Shown piece by piece: positions 41,166-50,774 of a DNA stretch of 64,000 bases. The position numbers were made by a program, and so were the translations under genes. Within the stretch, counting starts at the first letter, position 1. Each line of letters begins with the position of its first letter. Origin of the DNA: a virus (lineage: Duplodnaviria > Heunggongvirae > Uroviricota > Caudoviricetes); IMG/VR virus record IMGVR_UViG_3300025765_000001; one strand, given 5' to 3'. The notes beneath the pieces are model-generated. The model was not told the origin of the DNA. It saw only the letters and a program-made list of their open reading frames with translations, and did not search any database.

Positions 41166-41757
41166 CAGTTATTATCAAGCCATACTCTAATAGCTCGTTC
41201 TCCAGCAGACTCATTCACAGTAAACTCACCGTGTTCCTTGTATATAACTGTGATTTTGCTTCTTGCATTTGTATAGATGGTTTTCAAGTAATCGTAGGTA
41301 TTTCCATGAGTTGCAACACATCTTGAAATGAATTCATCATTAGTAAGCCTCATGGACTCTGTGTCACAGAATTTACATATGTTCTCTTGCCGCTCTAGGG
41401 AACGGAATTAAATATGGTCAGGAGGTCAGCCCCAAGAACTTGAAAATACTCGGTAGGAAACACTCACTACGCTTTGATTTTACTGCGTACCATAAGGGCC
41501 AAACTGTCATAATCGAGTTCAACGGCAGGCAGCACTATGAGCCAATTAGACTCCGTTGTAAAAAACTGGAGAGTGGAGAGTGGCGATTGACAGATTTTGC
41601 TTATCAATAACTCAAAGATCAGTTCAAGAGAGATTGGTGTCGGATACGAAAACTACCTTTTATCGAGATACCGTATTGGGAATTCAAAAACATTCCTGAT
41701 TTGCTAGATGGCCTTTTGTTAAAACTCGACAGAATCGTTTCTACCCCCCAGATTTGA
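41165..41757. pseudogene. Homing-endonuclease-like (PD-(D/E)XK) gene broken by a local inversion and a TAA
   Basis: N-half (EFI...HGNTYDY...HGEF...SAGERAI..WLDNN) on minus strand; C-half (GIKY..RFDF..IIEFNGRQHY..IPYW) on plus strand. Confidence 0.7.
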
Positions 41758-41954
41758 AAAAACCGTTTCGCTGATACCGTAGTATATAAGCATTTAGATG
41801 CACTTGTTGTCTGTTAGTTGTCATAGCTTATTAAGTTGTCCTAGTCGCCGTTTCTTTGTAACTATAGAATCTCGACCCGTCACAGGCGACTAGACTAGTA
41901 AAACCACAGGTCTCATCTATAAAACCCCGACTAATCTAGTAACCGCCAAGGCCC

Positions 41955-42640
41955 GCCCGCAGTTCTAACAGATTGGGACTATAGAAACAAAATCTATACG
42001 AATGTGTTAGCTCCACCCCGGCGAAGCCGGGGTGGAGCCGGGGTGGAGCCGGGGTGGAGCCGGGGTGGAGCTAACATGCAGTTCTAACAGATTGGGACTA
42101 TAGAAACAAAATCTATACGAATGTGTTAGCTCCACCCCGGCTTCGCCGGGGTGGAGCTAGTCCTATCGCCTAGCTCGTGATTAGATGTGTAGGAACTCGT
42201 GCGGCCCACGAGTTTTTATAGACCGGTCTGTATGTAGGCGGGTTTCTAGGCCCGTCCGCAGTTCTAATAGATTGGGTCTATAGAAACAAAATCTATACGA
42301 ATGTGTAGGCGGGTTTCTAGGCCCGTCCGTAGTTCTAACAGATTGGGTCTATAGAAACAAAATCTATACGAATGTGTTAGCTCCACCCCGGCTTTGCCGG
42401 GGTGGAGCAGTTTAGCCCGATGGAGTTTAGGTTCGACCTCGGCTTTGCCGGGGTGGAGCAGTTTAGCCCGATGGAGTTTAGTAGTACGAGGTTCGACCTC
42501 GGCGAAGCTATATCTGAGCAGTTTAGCCCGGTGGAGTTTAGTAGTACGAGGCTCCCCGCCTGACGAATGTGTTGGCTTCCTATATCTGAGCAGTTTAGCC
42601 CGGTGGAGTTTAGTAGTACGAGGCTCCCCGCCGCCTGCTG
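41955..42640. repeat. Complex non-coding repeat/palindrome region, possible origin or terminus
   Basis: Four copies of AGTTCTAA(C/T)AGATTGGG(A/T)CTATAGAAACAAAATCTATACGAATGTGT, CTCCACCCCGGC/GCCGGGGTGGAG palindromes, GAGCAGTTTAGCCCG repeats. Confidence 0.9.
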
Positions 42641-42880
42641 GCGGGGTGTGGGAAAGTGTTCCGGGTCTCGTACAACTCATCTTGTGCCGCCGACATACGG
42701 GCATTTTGGACAGTTGGACCAGAGGAGTTTAGTTGTACGAAGACCGGCCGTGGCCCGGTCCACGAGTTAAGTAGTACTGCAACAGTATTTATGGGTTTTT
42801 GGGCAGTTGGACCAATTGAGATGCGTTGTACAAGGGGGTTGTACGAGGGGGTTTTGACAACCGAGGCACGAGGAACTATC

Positions 42881-43090
42881 ATGACCAGGAAAGACTTCGA
42901 GATGATCGCTGAGGCGGTAGCCGAGGCTCGTGAGGTTCTGAAGCAAGATCAGGCCCATAACGGTCCGGTGCTGGCTGACAGCGAGTGGGCCTACATCTTC
43001 AACCGGGTGGGGGAGTCGTTGGTACGGCAGCTTCGCCGGTCGAATCCGCAGTTTGACGCTGAGCGGTTTGTGAAGGCGTGTCGGCAGTAA
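42881..43090 (+). CDS. Small hypothetical protein (MTRKDFEMIA...NPQFDAERFVKAC)
   Basis: CACGAGG box; first gene of array. Confidence 0.75.
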   Translation: MTRKDFEMIAEAVAEAREVLKQDQAHNGPVLADSEWAYIFNRVGESLVRQLRRSNPQFDAERFVKACRQ

Positions 43091-43211
43091 AAGTGGGCGG
43101 ATGGCTGACAAGTCATGATTAAGTTGTCGGCGGACTGCGGATGCGGGGTTTGTAGACCGATCTAGTTACGTGGTACAAGCGAGGCCGGGTTAATTAACGC
43201 ACGAGGGAACC

Positions 43212-43643
43212 ATGAAGCATAATTTCACGAAGAAGCAAGTAATGAGTGTGGCTCAGACGGGTCTGGAAAAGGCCGTCGCTGAGTGGCTCTGCGACCGGGC
43301 GGACGACTACGACGGTGATCCGTGCGGGCCGCTCCGTGACTTGTTTCAGGGCGGCTGCATGAGTGGGATGGTGTCGCATCTAGTTTATTATTGTGACACG
43401 GTGCCGTTCTACGAGCAGCACAAGGCGGACATTTGGGCCTTGGGCATCGAGCAGGCCGAAGACTTCGGCAACAAGAATGTGTTCGAGTTCTTTGCCGGGC
43501 TGAACGTGGGCAACCTAGGCGACCTGGGAGACTACAATCAGGTTGCGAATGGTTTGGCGTGGTACGGCTTTGAGGAAGCGGCTCGCCGGATTGAGAACGC
43601 CCTGAACAGCCTTGATGAAGAGGATGAGGATGATGAGGACTAG
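43212..43643 (+). CDS. Acidic phage-type protein, possible DNA mimic
   Basis: GCMSGMVSHLVYY.DT..FY...LAWYGFEE; poly-D/E tail. Confidence 0.75.
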   Translation: MKHNFTKKQVMSVAQTGLEKAVAEWLCDRADDYDGDPCGPLRDLFQGGCMSGMVSHLVYYCDTVPFYEQHKADIWALGIEQAEDFGNKNVFEFFAGLNVGNLGDLGDYNQVANGLAWYGFEEAARRIENALNSLDEEDEDDED

Positions 43644-44050
43644 AAACAAAAACACCTGACAGACCGGATAGGATTTCCCTTCTCCGATCTGTCAGGTGGA
43701 AGCCTCCATTACATGAGTAGTAAGGCTTTCGCCTCCCTGGGTCATGCAGGGGTGAGGCTTTTTCAGCCTTGCGAGTTGCTTGTTTAGGGCTTCCCGCTTG
43801 GCCCCGATTACCTTACTGGTCTCGCATTCGGCTGTGAGACCGAACGTGATTTTTGGATAATCGAGTTGCTTGCCGGTGTTCTCCGTCAAGCGTTGGTCTC
43901 AATTTAATGATTCGTGGCCGGAGTTCAATAGCTCTTGGCGAATTTTTTCGAGATTTTCTCATCTGGTTGGCTCGTCTCGACTTGGGGAGTTTAGTTGTAC
44001 GGGGCGAGTGTGGAAAAGTTGTTGATAACTCAAGAGGGACCAGAATAACG

Positions 44051-44299
44051 ATGCCATTTCCGACTGATGTGAGAGATATCCGGCCTGGAGAAACCGTTGA
44101 GAAGGTGATGCCGCACAGCGAAGTGTGTATGCACATGCGGGTTGCGGGCAAGTGGATGAAGGTCCGGCTTCTTGAATCGGGCCGCATGTGCCAGTTATAC
44201 TTCCTGGACTTCAAACCGTTCAGCAGCCCGATTACAATTGGCGAGGCCGGTATTTTTCACCGGGACGACACGTTCTACTACTACCCAGACCTGGGCTAG
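44051..44299 (+). CDS. Hypothetical protein
   Basis: Motif-preceded ORF. Confidence 0.6.
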   Translation: MPFPTDVRDIRPGETVEKVMPHSEVCMHMRVAGKWMKVRLLESGRMCQLYFLDFKPFSSPITIGEAGIFHRDDTFYYYPDLG

Positions 44300-44366
44300 T
44301 TTAGTTACGAAACGTGTGATGCGGCGGTCACAACCCTTGAGGGTGATCAGGAGAATAGTGGCATCG

Positions 44367-44522
44367 AATGTACTGGGTGCCACGAAATCTTCTGTGACAA
44401 CTGCTACGACTGTAGCAAGGGCGATGGTTGCCACTGTCACGAGCAATGTACTGGGTGCCACGAAATCTTCTGTGACAACTGCTACGACTGTAGCAAGGGC
44501 GATGGTTGCCACTGTCACGAGC
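44367..44522. repeat. Exact 78-bp tandem duplication in a start-less Cys-rich frame
   Basis: Unit starts at 44367 and 44445; encodes CTGCHEIFCDNCYDCSKGDGCHCHEQ. Confidence 0.9.
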
Positions 44523-44619
44523 AGGATTACGAAGTACTCATCATCCACCGGGGGTGATTTGTAGTACAGTGAGGGTTGAGCGAGACAACCTGAGTCCCTA
44601 AGCATGAGGGGGTTACACA

Positions 44620-45180
44620 GTGGCGAAACCGATGACCCCGGTGGACCGACCGAAGCTGGAGGCTGCACTTCGGGAGGCAGAGAAGAACGGACCGCTCGCC
44701 AACATGGGTGAGTTGTGGAAGCGAGTTGCCGAATTATACAATGCCAACCCTGGCGTGCAGCAGATCACGTTCAGCGTGGTCTTGTTGCGGGTCAAGGAGT
44801 GGGGCATCCAGGTCAAGACGCAGCCCGGTCGCAAGGGCGGGCCGATGAGCGAGGAGCATAAGCAGGCCTTTGCCGTCAGCCGTGGGAAGAGGACGCCCAG
44901 GGCTGAGAAGATGAAGGAATTCAAGACCTTCGATCTGCTCCGTGCGGAGTTGGGCAAGGATAATCGTCGTCGGTTTCTGCCGGTGGTTGATGCTGCCGAG
45001 AAGGGCAGCCTGCGGGCGGCGATCAAACTGACCTGCCTGGACTGTTGCAACTGGCAGACTTCGGAAATCAAATTGTGCGGCATTGAGTCCTGTGCAATGT
45101 TCCCGCACCGGCCCTACAAGCTAGGGCAGGTGGTCGAAGTCGATGAGGGCGATGAAGAGATGGACGAGGCCGAAGGATGA
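44620..45180 (+). CDS. Hypothetical protein with C-terminal Cys cluster
   Basis: AAIKLTCLDCC...C...C.MFPHRPY. Confidence 0.75.
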   Translation: MAKPMTPVDRPKLEAALREAEKNGPLANMGELWKRVAELYNANPGVQQITFSVVLLRVKEWGIQVKTQPGRKGGPMSEEHKQAFAVSRGKRTPRAEKMKEFKTFDLLRAELGKDNRRRFLPVVDAAEKGSLRAAIKLTCLDCCNWQTSEIKLCGIESCAMFPHRPYKLGQVVEVDEGDEEMDEAEG

Positions 45181-45232
45181 ACTGGCCGAGGTCGTTTGAC
45201 TATGAGAACGGCCCGCCTTCGGCGGGCCGTTC

Positions 45233-46009
45233 TTGTCGGTCTTGATGAATTGTGAAACGCAGCACTTCCCCGTAGATGTTTACGCCGCAGTCGTTGCACC
45301 ACAGGGCCGACTTTGTACAACTAAACTCAGTCAGTCAGCGACAAAAGATAGATTTCCGCTGCATGAGGAGGACGAAGATGGTGAGAAACGCTTCAAGGTG
45401 CCTCAGCCGGAAACCCAGATCACGGTATATGTCGTGGCGTGGCAGTACAACACCGGGGTCGGGTTCGACTGGTATCGTCGCCCTGGCGATGCTGATGCCG
45501 CCTACGAGGAAGAGAAGGGCAACGCTGACGAGATGGCTGATGAGGGGTGGTCGGCCTATCGTTTCGACTATGTTGTGTCCTCGAAGATGAGCGACGAGCA
45601 GATTACGCAGTTGATCGACTCTGAACTGGACGATCTGTATGTCAAGGCCACGGAGAAGCACGAAAACGTCCTCGACAAGTACGGCAAGAAGTTGAGCGAG
45701 ATCAAGCAGAGCCGAGGCGTGGTTTACAAGGCGGTGTCGTTCTGCTACACCAACAAGAGCGGCGGCACGAACATGATACAGTGCGAATCCCCCAAGCTGA
45801 CCCAGTTCCAGCGGCTCTCGGCCCGCTACAAGGATCAGAAGGTGAAATGGTTGGCCGAGTTTACGATCCAAAAGCAGTGGCACGACTACGAGACGGGCGG
45901 GCGAATGATCGGCTTGCCGGTCAACAAGGAACTGAAAGCGTTCCTCAAGCGGCACGCTCATCCTGACAAGCAGGTGATCTACGTCAGCCAGCACGACCTG
46001 TTGAGATAA
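45233..46009 (+). CDS. Hypothetical protein, 5' end uncertain
   Basis: Long ORF; reversed array motif at ~45310-45330 inside its 5' part. Confidence 0.55.
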   Translation: MSVLMNCETQHFPVDVYAAVVAPQGRLCTTKLSQSATKDRFPLHEEDEDGEKRFKVPQPETQITVYVVAWQYNTGVGFDWYRRPGDADAAYEEEKGNADEMADEGWSAYRFDYVVSSKMSDEQITQLIDSELDDLYVKATEKHENVLDKYGKKLSEIKQSRGVVYKAVSFCYTNKSGGTNMIQCESPKLTQFQRLSARYKDQKVKWLAEFTIQKQWHDYETGGRMIGLPVNKELKAFLKRHAHPDKQVIYVSQHDLLR

Positions 46010-46058
46010 GTCGTACAGGCGAGACCGGTGACAAAACTATTCTCTGGAGGACCGAGCA

Positions 46059-46499
46059 GTGAGCGATACCCTTGTGAACGCCTTGAAACTCATCAAGGCC
46101 CTGCACGACAAGCCTGAGTGTGGGGCGTTGTTCGTGCAGTTCAACCAGTCGGTGCGGGAGCAGGTGTTGCTCGCACCGAAAACGCTGGAGCAGTTGACAG
46201 CGGCAATCGACGTGGCCGAGAAGCGGGCGGTCGAGCCTGAGTACGTCTCTGTGATCGTGGTTCGCAACGACGTGGTGGACCAGAACTATCTTTTCGTTGG
46301 GCCGAGCCGCATCATTGCGGCGTCCGCCGAGGAGAAGTTCAAGGAACTGGTGAAGGGTGAGGGCCTGGAGCCGGACGACCTGGAGGCCGTGCTGGAGGAT
46401 GGCTATTGGGAGTTCAAGGACGGCAATGGTTCTGTCTGTATCAACTGGCCTGAGCGTCTTGCAGCAACGACTCTGGGCCGGGGTCTCAACGTCAAGTAA
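46059..46499 (+). CDS. Hypothetical protein
   Basis: Motif plus GGAGG RBS, hairpin downstream. Confidence 0.7.
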   Translation: MSDTLVNALKLIKALHDKPECGALFVQFNQSVREQVLLAPKTLEQLTAAIDVAEKRAVEPEYVSVIVVRNDVVDQNYLFVGPSRIIAASAEEKFKELVKGEGLEPDDLEAVLEDGYWEFKDGNGSVCINWPERLAATTLGRGLNVK

Positions 46500-46597
46500 G
46501 CCGAGGGGCTATCGAAACCCTAGGCGGCGTGCCGCCTAGGGTTTTTTGTGTTGTACTGGGTGAGTTTAGTTGTACGGTGAGGAACGAGGAGGGCACG

Positions 46598-46819
46598 ATG
46601 GACGAACAAGAAGCGACCAACAAACTCGAAAAACTGGTGGGCAGTGTGGACTGTTGTTTCCGCCTGATGCGGCTCTATGTGAGTTGCGAGCAGGCGGCAT
46701 CTGGCAACCGATTCACTTTGCAGAAGCTATCGACTGCCGAGGAGCGGTTTCGCAAGCGTGCGAAGGAAGAGGGCTATAGCCAAGCGGCTATCAACCACTA
46801 CCTGAACCACATTTGCTGA
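46598..46819 (+). CDS. Hypothetical protein
   Basis: Motif plus GAGGAGG RBS. Confidence 0.65.
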   Translation: MDEQEATNKLEKLVGSVDCCFRLMRLYVSCEQAASGNRFTLQKLSTAEERFRKRAKEEGYSQAAINHYLNHIC

Positions 46820-46838
46820 AAAATCTACATCAACCCAC

Positions 46839-46866
46839 TTGACATGGACACTAGCTAGACTAGAAT
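46839..46866 (+). promoter_or_regulatory. Promoter TTGACA-N16-TAGAAT
   Basis: Read directly; precedes a short ORF at 46892. Confidence 0.65.
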
Positions 46867-47131
46867 GCTTCATGTAGAAAGGACGTGGACTATGCAAACC
46901 GCACTTGGCACAATCACTCACCGTTACTGGTGGGATCAGGGCATCTACTTCCGGCAGGCTCTTCGGGGTGGGCCGGTGGAAACCTGGAACAGCCAGACCT
47001 GGGCTTGAGCTATGCCAAAAGAAGGTATGAATAAGCAGAAAGGCTGGTTGAGTTTCGGCGTACAAGAGAGATCGAGGCGATCGGCGGGGGCCTTCAATCC
47101 TGCCACAACAGCACGAGGAGGGTTCTATACT

Positions 47132-47512
47132 ATGCGTCCCATTTCCGAAAAGACCCAGGCCGTTCGCAACTTGCTCGACAAGAACCGTGGCACAACCTGG
47201 GGCGATGCGAAGGAAGGTCTCATCAAGGCGAAGCTGTTCGAGGACAACGACGCCGACGAGAGCTACTTCAACAACGTCAAGTCCCAATACCTCAAGCGGC
47301 TCGCCAGCGGCGGCAAGCGGAAGGCCCGGCGTGTGGCCCGGCCTCGTGTGGCTCGCACGGCGACGGTCGAGATCAGCCTGCCGGATGCCGTGGCTCTCAT
47401 CAACGCCAACGGCGGCAGCGTGACGGCGGTTCGTGGCCTGATCGCCAACCTGACGGCGGCAGTCGCCGTGGTCGAGGCCCAGGCATCGGCACTGACCAAG
47501 CTCGCCAGCTAA
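47132..47512 (+). CDS. Basic hypothetical protein
   Basis: CACGAGGAGG RBS. Confidence 0.7.
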   Translation: MRPISEKTQAVRNLLDKNRGTTWGDAKEGLIKAKLFEDNDADESYFNNVKSQYLKRLASGGKRKARRVARPRVARTATVEISLPDAVALINANGGSVTAVRGLIANLTAAVAVVEAQASALTKLAS

Positions 47513-47660
47513 CCCTCGTGCTGCCCTTGGCTCAAGGCCAGGGCCGGGGGAAGCAGACCCAGGGGCGGCGTCCGCCCCTGGGTTTTTCTAGCCTATCTGA
47601 TGAGTTAAGTTGTACAGGGCAGGGCGGACAGGACCAACAACTAGCACGAGGGACCAGACC

Positions 47661-48044
47661 ATGACCAAGAATCCCGTCGAGACCGGCGAGCTTATCCCGA
47701 TCACCACGCACGGCAGCCTGAACGTCATTGCGGCTGGACCGCTGACCAAGCAGCCGGGCACGATGCCATATCGCATCGTTATCCTCCAGGACTCCGATGG
47801 CAAGTACAGCGTCCACAATCAGGTCTACTCGGACCTGGGCAACCTCGTAGACCCCGACGTGAGGCTGCTGGCCGAGTTGGGGGCAACTTCCGACAAGCCG
47901 CCTTGTGCGAGCCTGTGCCACGGTCACTACTTCGGTGCCGGGGCTGAGGGGCTGACGAAGGCCACGATCAAGTTCTGCGAGAAGGTGCGGGACCATGCCC
48001 CGATGGTCGAGTCCATCTATCGGGAGGCCGTCGTAGTTTCGTAG
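47661..48044 (+). CDS. Hypothetical protein
   Basis: Motif-preceded; stop codon lies in next motif. Confidence 0.7.
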   Translation: MTKNPVETGELIPITTHGSLNVIAAGPLTKQPGTMPYRIVILQDSDGKYSVHNQVYSDLGNLVDPDVRLLAELGATSDKPPCASLCHGHYFGAGAEGLTKATIKFCEKVRDHAPMVESIYREAVVVS

Positions 48045-48097
48045 TACAGGGCAGGGTGAGGCGAGATAACTTTACCACTGGCACGAGGACCAAGACA

Positions 48098-48400
48098 ATG
48101 GCAGGCAAACGCAAGGCCAAGGCGAAGAAAGCCGAGTTCAAGGGTGTGAACATCGACTTCTCGTTCAGCGGCTACATCAACGGGGCACGGATCACGAAGG
48201 TAACGGAGAATCTCAAGCGTGCTCCGTACTTCCGGGTCATCAGCACCGAGGGCATGACGCCGAAGAAACTGGCTGCTAGCTTGAACAGCGGCAAGTACAC
48301 GATCAGCCTGGGCGACTTCCTGTACGAGAACAGCGAGGACCAGGAGATCGAGATTACGGACTTCCAAGAGTCCTACGAACAGTCGGGCGACGAGGACTAA
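48098..48400 (+). CDS. Hypothetical protein
   Basis: Motif-preceded. Confidence 0.7.
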   Translation: MAGKRKAKAKKAEFKGVNIDFSFSGYINGARITKVTENLKRAPYFRVISTEGMTPKKLAASLNSGKYTISLGDFLYENSEDQEIEITDFQESYEQSGDED

Positions 48401-48455
48401 CCCTGTTGCGTAGTACATGTCAAGGCGACCAGCAACCACGAGGGAGGATACATCC

Positions 48456-48701
48456 ATGTTCGAGAACGATATGGCTTCCGAGGGTCAGTTGACCGTCGCC
48501 GATCTGCGGAAGCGGACGAAGGGTGTGGACGGTCGGGCCGTGGTTTGTGTGTGCGTGGATGGATTCTCTTACGCCCCGATCACGGATGCCAAGTTCGATG
48601 CACCGAGCGAGCAGGAGAAGGCGGAAGGGGCCATCGGCGTGTTCCTGCTGATGCCCGATCCGTCCAGCGAGTTGATCCAGTCGCTTCCTGGTGGTGAGTA
48701 G
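48456..48701 (+). CDS. Hypothetical protein
   Basis: Motif-preceded. Confidence 0.65.
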   Translation: MFENDMASEGQLTVADLRKRTKGVDGRAVVCVCVDGFSYAPITDAKFDAPSEQEKAEGAIGVFLLMPDPSSELIQSLPGGE

Positions 48702-48853
48702 CCGCAAGGCGAGCCGGTACACCAGTGAGTTCCTATAGCTGGGCCGAAAGGGAGTTGCCCCTGGCCGGGTGGTTGTCACTGCCCGGCCAGGATTTATAAA
48801 ACCGGTTGAGTTGAGACGTACAAGAGAGGGCGAGGAATACAAGCTAATGTGAT

Positions 48854-48881
48854 TTGACATCGGTTGCGAGTTACTTATAAT
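48854..48881 (+). promoter_or_regulatory. Promoter TTGACA-N16-TATAAT
   Basis: Consensus hexamers, just downstream of an array motif. Confidence 0.8.
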
Positions 48882-48919
48882 GCTGGGTGAGGACTGACCC
48901 CTAGTACAAGGACAAGACC

Positions 48920-49900
48920 ATGACTAAGGAAAAGCTGACTCCGAGCGAAGTGGCCCTGCGACAACAGAAGATGTGGGCTGTTGTGTGTGGCCTAAGCAAG
49001 CTGCCGAACCTGCATCAGCCCTTGTTCGGCAAGAAGGGCGAGACCGAGGCGGGCGAGTACCACGAGCGGCTCGACTACATTCAAGAGATCGTCACCGAAG
49101 GATATGCGGAACCCGGCTACACCGATCCCCAGGTCGGTATCGTCACCGGCAATTGGAACGACGAAGAGCCGTGCATCTTGAGCGAGTTCGTGGACCCCGA
49201 CCACGAGGACACGGAGCCGGGTGAAATCATCACCCCTGGCCGTGCCCTGGAGCTTTTGGGGTGTGAACTGGAGTGGAGTGACGAGTGGGACTCGTGCCAT
49301 GACTGCATGAAGTTGGTGCGGTCCCAGCCCAACAGCTACGGCTGGAAGCGGGCGGCGTGGGTCAGCGACGACTGCGAGGTTTTCTGCCACGAGTGCGTCA
49401 AGGCCGATCCGTCGGACTACATTGAATCGCTGGTGGGCGTGGACAACAACGGCATCACCATCGAAGATATCGACCTGGAGAAGTATGGTTTCGTTAAGCT
49501 CCAGGACAATCTCGAAAACGGCTGGTACGGTGGTCAGAAGGCCGACCCCAAGGTGGTCGGCAAGGCCCTGCGGAAGCAAGGCATCGACCGCTACGTGTTC
49601 GTGATCGACAGCGTGGGTCAATTCGATCTGAGCTTCAGCGTGTGGGTGGACAAGGAACAGCTTGCGGCCACGGAGCTTGACCCTGAAAAGGGGTTGTCTT
49701 CCAGCGACACCGATGCTGAAGAAGACCCCGCCCATGTCATGCAGACATACCTATGTGACACTTTCAGGGCGATGGCTGAAGTGAAGCCAGGGGATGGGCC
49801 TGTCATCGTGCGGCCCGACCCTGAAGACCCGCACAAGGCCAAGGCCCGGCGTGTGTCTCTTGAAGACTTTATCGCTGGCAAGGCCCTGGACGACGAGTGA
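48920..49900 (+). CDS. Acidic phage-type protein with CxxC pairs
   Basis: GYAEPGY, EWSDEW..CHDC, CHEC, GQFD. Confidence 0.8.
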   Translation: MTKEKLTPSEVALRQQKMWAVVCGLSKLPNLHQPLFGKKGETEAGEYHERLDYIQEIVTEGYAEPGYTDPQVGIVTGNWNDEEPCILSEFVDPDHEDTEPGEIITPGRALELLGCELEWSDEWDSCHDCMKLVRSQPNSYGWKRAAWVSDDCEVFCHECVKADPSDYIESLVGVDNNGITIEDIDLEKYGFVKLQDNLENGWYGGQKADPKVVGKALRKQGIDRYVFVIDSVGQFDLSFSVWVDKEQLAATELDPEKGLSSSDTDAEEDPAHVMQTYLCDTFRAMAEVKPGDGPVIVRPDPEDPHKAKARRVSLEDFIAGKALDDE

Positions 49901-50231
49901 GGCGGGTGCAACCCCAGGGGTGCTGGTCCACCCCTGGGGTCTTTTCTACATAGCGACGAAGATACGCAAACGAGCGAAGCAAGCCGATGTCCATGTGTCG
50001 GACAGTGGCACCGTCTATTTAGTCACGCCCCTGAGCAGTGGGTCGAAGAGAACGTCCAGCTTGAGCCATACCAGTGCTGGCATCAAGACCACGCCAGGGC
50101 GAAGGGCCGGTCCACCAAAAGCCCGGCCTCCAGGCCGGGGCCGTTTCCTAGATCGACCTAGTTTAGTAGTACAAAGGAGGGCGGACCAAACAAGGCACGA
50201 GCCAAGACCAGACAACGGAAAGGAACATATC

Positions 50232-50774
50232 ATGAACAGTGAGACTATCGGCCAAATCCTAGTATTGATGGAATCCGGATTCAAGGCAGCAATCACCGAT
50301 CAAATGATCGGCACTTGGCTCTGTTGCGGCGTTCTCATTCGCCGTGACACCAACGGAGCACCGTTCACCGACGAATGGCATGTGGAAGGGCAGAAGTGCA
50401 AGGGTCGAGACGAAACGTGGGTGGCTTTCGCCCAAACTCTCAAGGCTCGTTACACACCCGTACCAGTCCCGAAAAAGAAGCGAGTGCCGACCACTCCCTT
50501 CCGTGTGTACGTCTCGTTCACCGGCATGATTGAAGTCTTGGTGCCCAAGTCGGTCCCAGCCGAACGTAGATTGGACTTGGCCGAGAAGAAGGCTCTGGCG
50601 GTCGTGGTGGCGACATTGGATAATCCCGATGCCCCGGAAGACGATGCCTGTTGCGAATACCAGGAACAACACGCCTTGACGAAAACTCGTGCCAACCGAG
50701 AGTGGGACACCACCGAGCTTGACAGCGTGAGTGGAAGCTGGACTGCGGTGGACACGGTGGAGTCAGGAAAATGA
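50232..50774 (+). CDS. Hypothetical protein
   Basis: Motif plus AAGGA RBS. Confidence 0.7.
   Translation: MNSETIGQILVLMESGFKAAITDQMIGTWLCCGVLIRRDTNGAPFTDEWHVEGQKCKGRDETWVAFAQTLKARYTPVPVPKKKRVPTTPFRVYVSFTGMIEVLVPKSVPAERRLDLAEKKALAVVVATLDNPDAPEDDACCEYQEQHALTKTRANREWDTTELDSVSGSWTAVDTVESGK

Noticed and set aside
1735-41610. Stop-codon reassignment (code 15 or 4)
   Set aside because: Interrupting stops include TAA, TAG and TGA, and TAG/TGA end many intact genes
41955-42640. CRISPR array
   Set aside because: Intervening sequences are themselves repeats or palindromes of irregular length, not unique spacers; no cas genes
42264-42732. ORFs over the repeat region
   Set aside because: Translations merely mirror the DNA repeats
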